Shown: one piece after another, positions 22,435 through 26,199 of the stretch
How the letters are laid out: every line of letters begins with the position of its first letter
How positions within the stretch are numbered: the first letter of the stretch is position 1
Assembly (NCBI GenBank): GCA_964426425.1
Contig: CAYRQI010000002.1
Span: 1-26,199 of the forward strand
Direction of reading: 5' to 3'
Origin: an uncultured Candidatus Saccharibacteria bacterium
GTDB lineage: Bacteria; Patescibacteriota; Minisyncoccia; Phycocordibacterales; UBA2100
DNA: 26,199 nucleotides
The notes under the pieces: generated by a model
Database searches by the model: none
What the model saw: the letters and a program-made list of their open reading frames with translations, nothing else
What the model was told of the DNA's origin: nothing
Position numbers and translations under genes: made by a program

Positions 22435-23838
22435 TCATATCCGATCTGTGGCCAGCTCAACAGCAAGGCCAAGGTAGTTTTCGGGTGTAAGCGATTTGAG
22501 ATGCTTTTTGATTTTGTTGGAAACATCGAGACCATCGATACATTTAGCAAAGTCAGCCATCGTGACTTCCTTGCCACGCGTGAGTGTTTTGAGTTTTTCA
22601 TAGGGTACTTCAACACCTTCTTTGCGGAGAATCGTTTGAATGGCTTCTGCAATAACTTCTGGATGCTGTTGCAATGCTTCGAGCATTGCGGCTTTGTCCA
22701 CGCTCACCTTTGAAATGCCGCGCAAAAGCGCCTTGTAGCCGATGAGCGAATGAGCGAAAGCAAGGCCAAAGGTGCGCTTCACAGTCGAATCCGAGAGGTC
22801 GCGCTGCAGACGTGAGATCGGGAGCTTCCGCGAGAAATGCTCGAAAAGCGCGTTCGCGATGCCAAGATTCCCTTCCGCATTCTCAAAATCGATAGGATTC
22901 ACCTTGTGCGGCATGGTAGAGGAACCTACGTCCCCCGCTTTCACCTTCTGTACAAGCCACCCATCGCTGATGTAGCGCCACACATCTTGCGAGAGATCGA
23001 TGAGAATCGTATTGACGCGACGCATGGTGTCGAACATTTCCGCGTACGTATCGTGCGGCTCGATCTGCGTCGTACACTGGTTCAGCTCAAGTTTAATGGG
23101 CTGCTCCTCGCTATTGAATCTCTCAATGAATTTTTTACTGAAATCAATCCAGTGTACGTCGGGAATAGCAACTGTATGCGCGCTCCAATTCCCCGTTGCG
23201 CCCGAGAATTTCACCACTATCGAGCGCTTTTCAAGCTCCTCGAGCTGCCGTGAAAGACGAGAATGAAAAACGCGCATTTCCTTGCCGAATGTCGTTGGAG
23301 AAGCAGGTTGTCCGTGCGTGCGCGCGAGCATCGGTGTCGCGGAGTGAGCGTTACCCCATCTTTCCAGCTCTTTGAGAATGAGATCAAGCGCTGTAATGAT
23401 GCATTCCTCAAGAGCTCCGCGTAATAGAAGCGCATACGCAACATTGTCTGTATCCTCTGACGTGATTGCAAAATGTACCCACTCCGAAACGTCATCGAGT
23501 GATGTGCCCGCGAGCTTCTTCTTAATGAAATATTCAACGGCCTTCACGTCGTGGTTTGTCGCGGGGATCCCCTCGTATCCATCTTGCTCTATTTTTTTGA
23601 CGATTGTTGCATCTTCGAGAGTAATCGTGGGCAAGCTTTCAAGGATCTTCTTCTCCGCAGCCGTGAGAGCACGCATTCCAACGCCGGGTGTTTCCGATAA
23701 TGCCGCGAGGTATCTGCATTCAACTGAAATGCGGGCCTGAATGAGAGCAAGCTCACTGAAATACTCCGCGAGCTCTTTCACTGCCCCGCGGTATCGCCCG
23801 TCTATCGAGCTTATCGAGATGAGTGGGTCAAATTGCAT
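22435..23838 (-). CDS. purB: Adenylosuccinate lyase
   Basis: SSIDGRY, TNHDVKAVEYF, TSED, ARTHGQPASPTT.GKE, GSSTMPHKVNPIDFENAEGN and SRLQRDLSDST. Confidence 0.97.
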   Translation of the reverse strand: MQFDPLISISSIDGRYRGAVKELAEYFSELALIQARISVECRYLAALSETPGVGMRALTAAEKKILESLPTITLEDATIVKKIEQDGYEGIPATNHDVKAVEYFIKKKLAGTSLDDVSEWVHFAITSEDTDNVAYALLLRGALEECIITALDLILKELERWGNAHSATPMLARTHGQPASPTTFGKEMRVFHSRLSRQLEELEKRSIVVKFSGATGNWSAHTVAIPDVHWIDFSKKFIERFNSEEQPIKLELNQCTTQIEPHDTYAEMFDTMRRVNTILIDLSQDVWRYISDGWLVQKVKAGDVGSSTMPHKVNPIDFENAEGNLGIANALFEHFSRKLPISRLQRDLSDSTVKRTFGLAFAHSLIGYKALLRGISKVSVDKAAMLEALQQHPEVIAEAIQTILRKEGVEVPYEKLKTLTRGKEVTMADFAKCIDGLDVSNKIKKHLKSLTPENYLGLAVELATDRI

Positions 23839-24778
23839 ACTGTTTTAGGTTCTTCTCCATGCGCGGAATTATCGGCTCCTCACCGGCAATAAATGCCTCG
23901 CCGGTCATTTGCTCATATATCTGAATGTAGCGCCGCGACAATTCCTCCACAAGCTTAGGCGGCGCAGGAGGAAGTACGGCATCCTTGTACGGATCGCAGT
24001 GCTCTTTGAACCACAAGCGCAAAAACTCTTTGTCGAAATATTCCGGCTCTTCACCGATTGCTATGCGCTCCTCGTACGAGGCACGCTGCCAGTAACGCGA
24101 GGAATCTGGCGTATGGATCTCGTCGATGAGCACGAGTCTGCCATTCTCATCGGTCCCGAATTCGTATTTGGTATCGACAAGAATAAGACCGCGCTTCGCG
24201 GCGATTTCCTGTCCCCGCAGGAAAAGCTTCGTCGCAATCTCCTTTACTTCATCGAACAACTCGTGCGTAACGAGACCTTCGGCGATCATTTCGCCTGGGG
24301 TGAGAGCGCGGTCGTGCGTCTCCTCCTTTGTCGTCGGATCGAAAATGGGAAACGGGAGTTTTGTATTTTTCTTCAGCCCCTCCTCCAGTGTCAATTCGCC
24401 AAATCTTCGCTGTCCTTTCTGGTAGCGCATCCAAATCGAGGTATCAGTGACACCGGTGAGGTATCCGCGCACGACAGCTTCAATTGGGACTGTCTTCAGT
24501 TTCTTTGCAACTGTCACATTCGGGTCGGGAACCGCAAGCACGTGATTCGGAATAACGTCTTTCGTACGTTCGAACCACCACGCGCTTACCTGATTCAATA
24601 CCTGCCCCTTGCGCGGAATGTGCGCAATGATCCGATCAAACGAAGAATGTCTGTCAGTGGAGATAAAAATGAGTTTGCCTTCGCCTGGGCCTGTCGAAGG
24701 CTCGTAGATATCGCGCGCCTTTCCTCTTCTCTTCTTCCCAAGAAAGTCGAAGTTTGTTTCTTTGAGTATATCCGTCAT
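23828..24778 (-). CDS. purC: SAICAR synthetase
   Basis: GK.RDIY, TDR.S.FD, KGQVLN, EAVVRGY, PTTK, GLILVDTKYEFG, DEIHTPDSSRYW and DKEFLR. Confidence 0.95.
   Translation of the reverse strand: MTDILKETNFDFLGKKRRGKARDIYEPSTGPGEGKLIFISTDRHSSFDRIIAHIPRKGQVLNQVSAWWFERTKDVIPNHVLAVPDPNVTVAKKLKTVPIEAVVRGYLTGVTDTSIWMRYQKGQRRFGELTLEEGLKKNTKLPFPIFDPTTKEETHDRALTPGEMIAEGLVTHELFDEVKEIATKLFLRGQEIAAKRGLILVDTKYEFGTDENGRLVLIDEIHTPDSSRYWQRASYEERIAIGEEPEYFDKEFLRLWFKEHCDPYKDAVLPPAPPKLVEELSRRYIQIYEQMTGEAFIAGEEPIIPRMEKNLKQYAI
24677..24701. repeat. Short palindromic element inside purC
   Basis: GCCTTCG-11 nt-CGAAGGC. The coding strand reads GCCTTCGACAGGCCCAGGCGAAGGC and encodes PSTGPGEG. Confidence 0.6.
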
Positions 24779-24784
24779 GTTTTT

Positions 24785-25921
24785 CTATACATCAAAAGTG
24801 AGTATTTGTCCAGCCCTTTCGATCCCCTTACTCACTATTCGAATCCGAGGTTCTTCAATTATTGAGCCTGCAATCCGCGCCTCGATACCGGCCCTTGCCG
24901 CCTCTTCGATGACCTTTTCTGGCTCCGGGGTGATGAGTGCGAGCCCCTGCCCCATATTCCATGCGCGATACGCGTCGACATCGGAAATGCCACCGACTTC
25001 CTGACAATGGGTCATGACGGCAGGCGGCCCGAACAGATCGGTAAGGTCTGCGCCACGTTTAGAGACTCGAAGGACGCGCCCCATTTTTTCAGGAATGCCG
25101 CCACCGGTGATATGCGCTACGCCATGGATAACGGCCGTTCCTTCCGTACCAAACCCGCCGTGAAGCGCGACGACAAAACGCGAGTAGACCCTCGCAGGCG
25201 CGAGTGCCGCGAGTCCGAGTGTCGTGCTCTCGAATTTCTCGTCATGCCAGTGCGTTCCATATTCTGTCTCAAATACTTTCCGCGCCAGAGACAATCCGTT
25301 CACGCGAAATCCTTGCTCGCGCAACATGACCACTGAATCGCCACCTTGTATCTCGGAACCCGTGAATACTTTGTCTTTTCGGGCGACCCACACGCACGCC
25401 GCACCCCAATGGTACGGAAAATCTCCCCAGCCGGAGAGAAGCGAACCCATTTGCGCTATTTCACCGTTGATGATGGCAATCCCGGCTTCTTGAGCAGCCA
25501 ATACGTACCCTTTGGCGAGTTCTCGCACAACGGGAAGAAACCTGTCGTCCGTACCCAGACTTTTAAGATCAAGATTGGTGCCGACCAGTATCGGCTCGCC
25601 GCCACGCACAAGCGCGTCGTCGCAAACCATCGCGAGGAGATCAAATGCGATCGTGTCGTGCTTACCGACCCGTTGTGCGATTTCCACCTTTGTCCCGGCC
25701 GTATCAAAACCAACAGACAGGTACGCGTCCTTCGGCAAGTTCCCGATTGAAACCATCCTCAATGCGGCAAAATCATCGAATGGACTGATGATCTCACCGA
25801 TTTTTCCCTTTCTGTTCTCGAAGGTTTCCTTCGACGCCTCGTACATGATGCGCGAGGCTTCCGCTTCAATATCGACATCAACCCCTGAAAGCGCGTATGC
25901 GTTCGGGCGTCGAGTGTTCAT
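24785..25921 (-). CDS. purM: Phosphoribosylformylglycinamidine cyclo-ligase (AIR synthetase)
   Basis: [43 protein letters not shown] and AWNMGQG. Lies in the pur cluster. Confidence 0.9.
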   Translation of the reverse strand: MNTRRPNAYALSGVDVDIEAEASRIMYEASKETFENRKGKIGEIISPFDDFAALRMVSIGNLPKDAYLSVGFDTAGTKVEIAQRVGKHDTIAFDLLAMVCDDALVRGGEPILVGTNLDLKSLGTDDRFLPVVRELAKGYVLAAQEAGIAIINGEIAQMGSLLSGWGDFPYHWGAACVWVARKDKVFTGSEIQGGDSVVMLREQGFRVNGLSLARKVFETEYGTHWHDEKFESTTLGLAALAPARVYSRFVVALHGGFGTEGTAVIHGVAHITGGGIPEKMGRVLRVSKRGADLTDLFGPPAVMTHCQEVGGISDVDAYRAWNMGQGLALITPEPEKVIEEAARAGIEARIAGSIIEEPRIRIVSKGIERAGQILTFDV

Positions 25922-26199
25922 ATCAACCCTTTCTCTTCAAGATACTTTTTAAACCCTTTTTCCCGGAGTGCCCGATCTTTCGCGATGACGTCTTCCCCCA
26001 TGTCCTTCTTGTATGCTGCGATTCTGGCACGCACTGTCTCGTCACCAGCGCCGATTATCTGCGCCGCGAGGATCCCGGCGTTTTTTGCACCATTGATGCC
26101 GACGGTCGCGACGGGAATGCCGGGCGGCATTTGTACCGTTGAGAAAAGCGCATCCACGCCTGCGGCCGTTTTGTTCATGATAGGCACGCCAATGACAGG
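25918..26199 (-). CDS. purE: PurE (N5-CAIR mutase / AIR carboxylase), C-terminal part; 5' end outside the window
   Basis: PVIGVP...[34 protein letters not shown]. The frame is open to base 26199, so the ORF-track start at 26187 is internal. Confidence 0.95.
   Translation of the reverse strand, partial: PVIGVPIMNKTAAGVDALFSTVQMPPGIPVATVGINGAKNAGILAAQIIGAGDETVRARIAAYKKDMGEDVIAKDRALREKGFKKYLEEKGLI

Noticed and set aside
3673-24865. Other long overlapping ORFs (3673-4521, 6407-7363, 15214-16170, 21236-21754, 23909-24865 and similar)
   Set aside because: Each overlaps a well-supported gene on the opposite strand or in another frame and shows no domain signal.
1-26199. tRNA, rRNA and canonical intrinsic terminators
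   Set aside because: No cloverleaf, rRNA-like tract or convincing hairpin plus U-tract was found by eye. tRNAscan-SE and a terminator predictor would be decisive.

Overview
A gene-dense, GC-rich bacterial chromosomal window. Short intergenic spaces, a PaaX/Cas2-like gene, a SWIB protein and the style of its REP/RAYT elements suggest a Patescibacteria (CPR, Parcubacteria-like) genome; this taxonomy is inference only. About 25 CDS can be supported. Metabolism: serC-serA plus a convergent serB-like phosphatase, ppsA, NAD(P)HX dehydratase, purE(partial)-purM-purC-purB, a stand-alone PurH N-terminal domain, a PMM-like HAD and a cytidylyltransferase. Transport and signalling: a P-type ATPase, an ABC pair and a MASE1 hybrid kinase preceded by a 63-aa HisKA-only protein. 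There are also several secreted or membrane proteins and a REP-associated tyrosine transposase. No tRNA, rRNA or CRISPR array was seen. The most notable signals are non-coding. (1) A ~100-nt multi-stem element occurs three times, with an invariant AGCGGGAGCGC core, compensatory stem changes and tandem G.A mismatches; a longer relative and fragments also occur. (2) A wHTH/Cas2-like gene is bracketed by two related 38-bp palindromes, one centred on its start codon and one abutting its stop. (3) Palindromic elements sit in frame inside nnrD, purC and possibly ppsA. (4) About a dozen genes have a -10 box 6-8 nt before the ATG, implying leaderless transcription; one gene is an exception, with a ~120-nt four-hairpin leader. 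All family assignments come from motif recognition by eye, not database searches.
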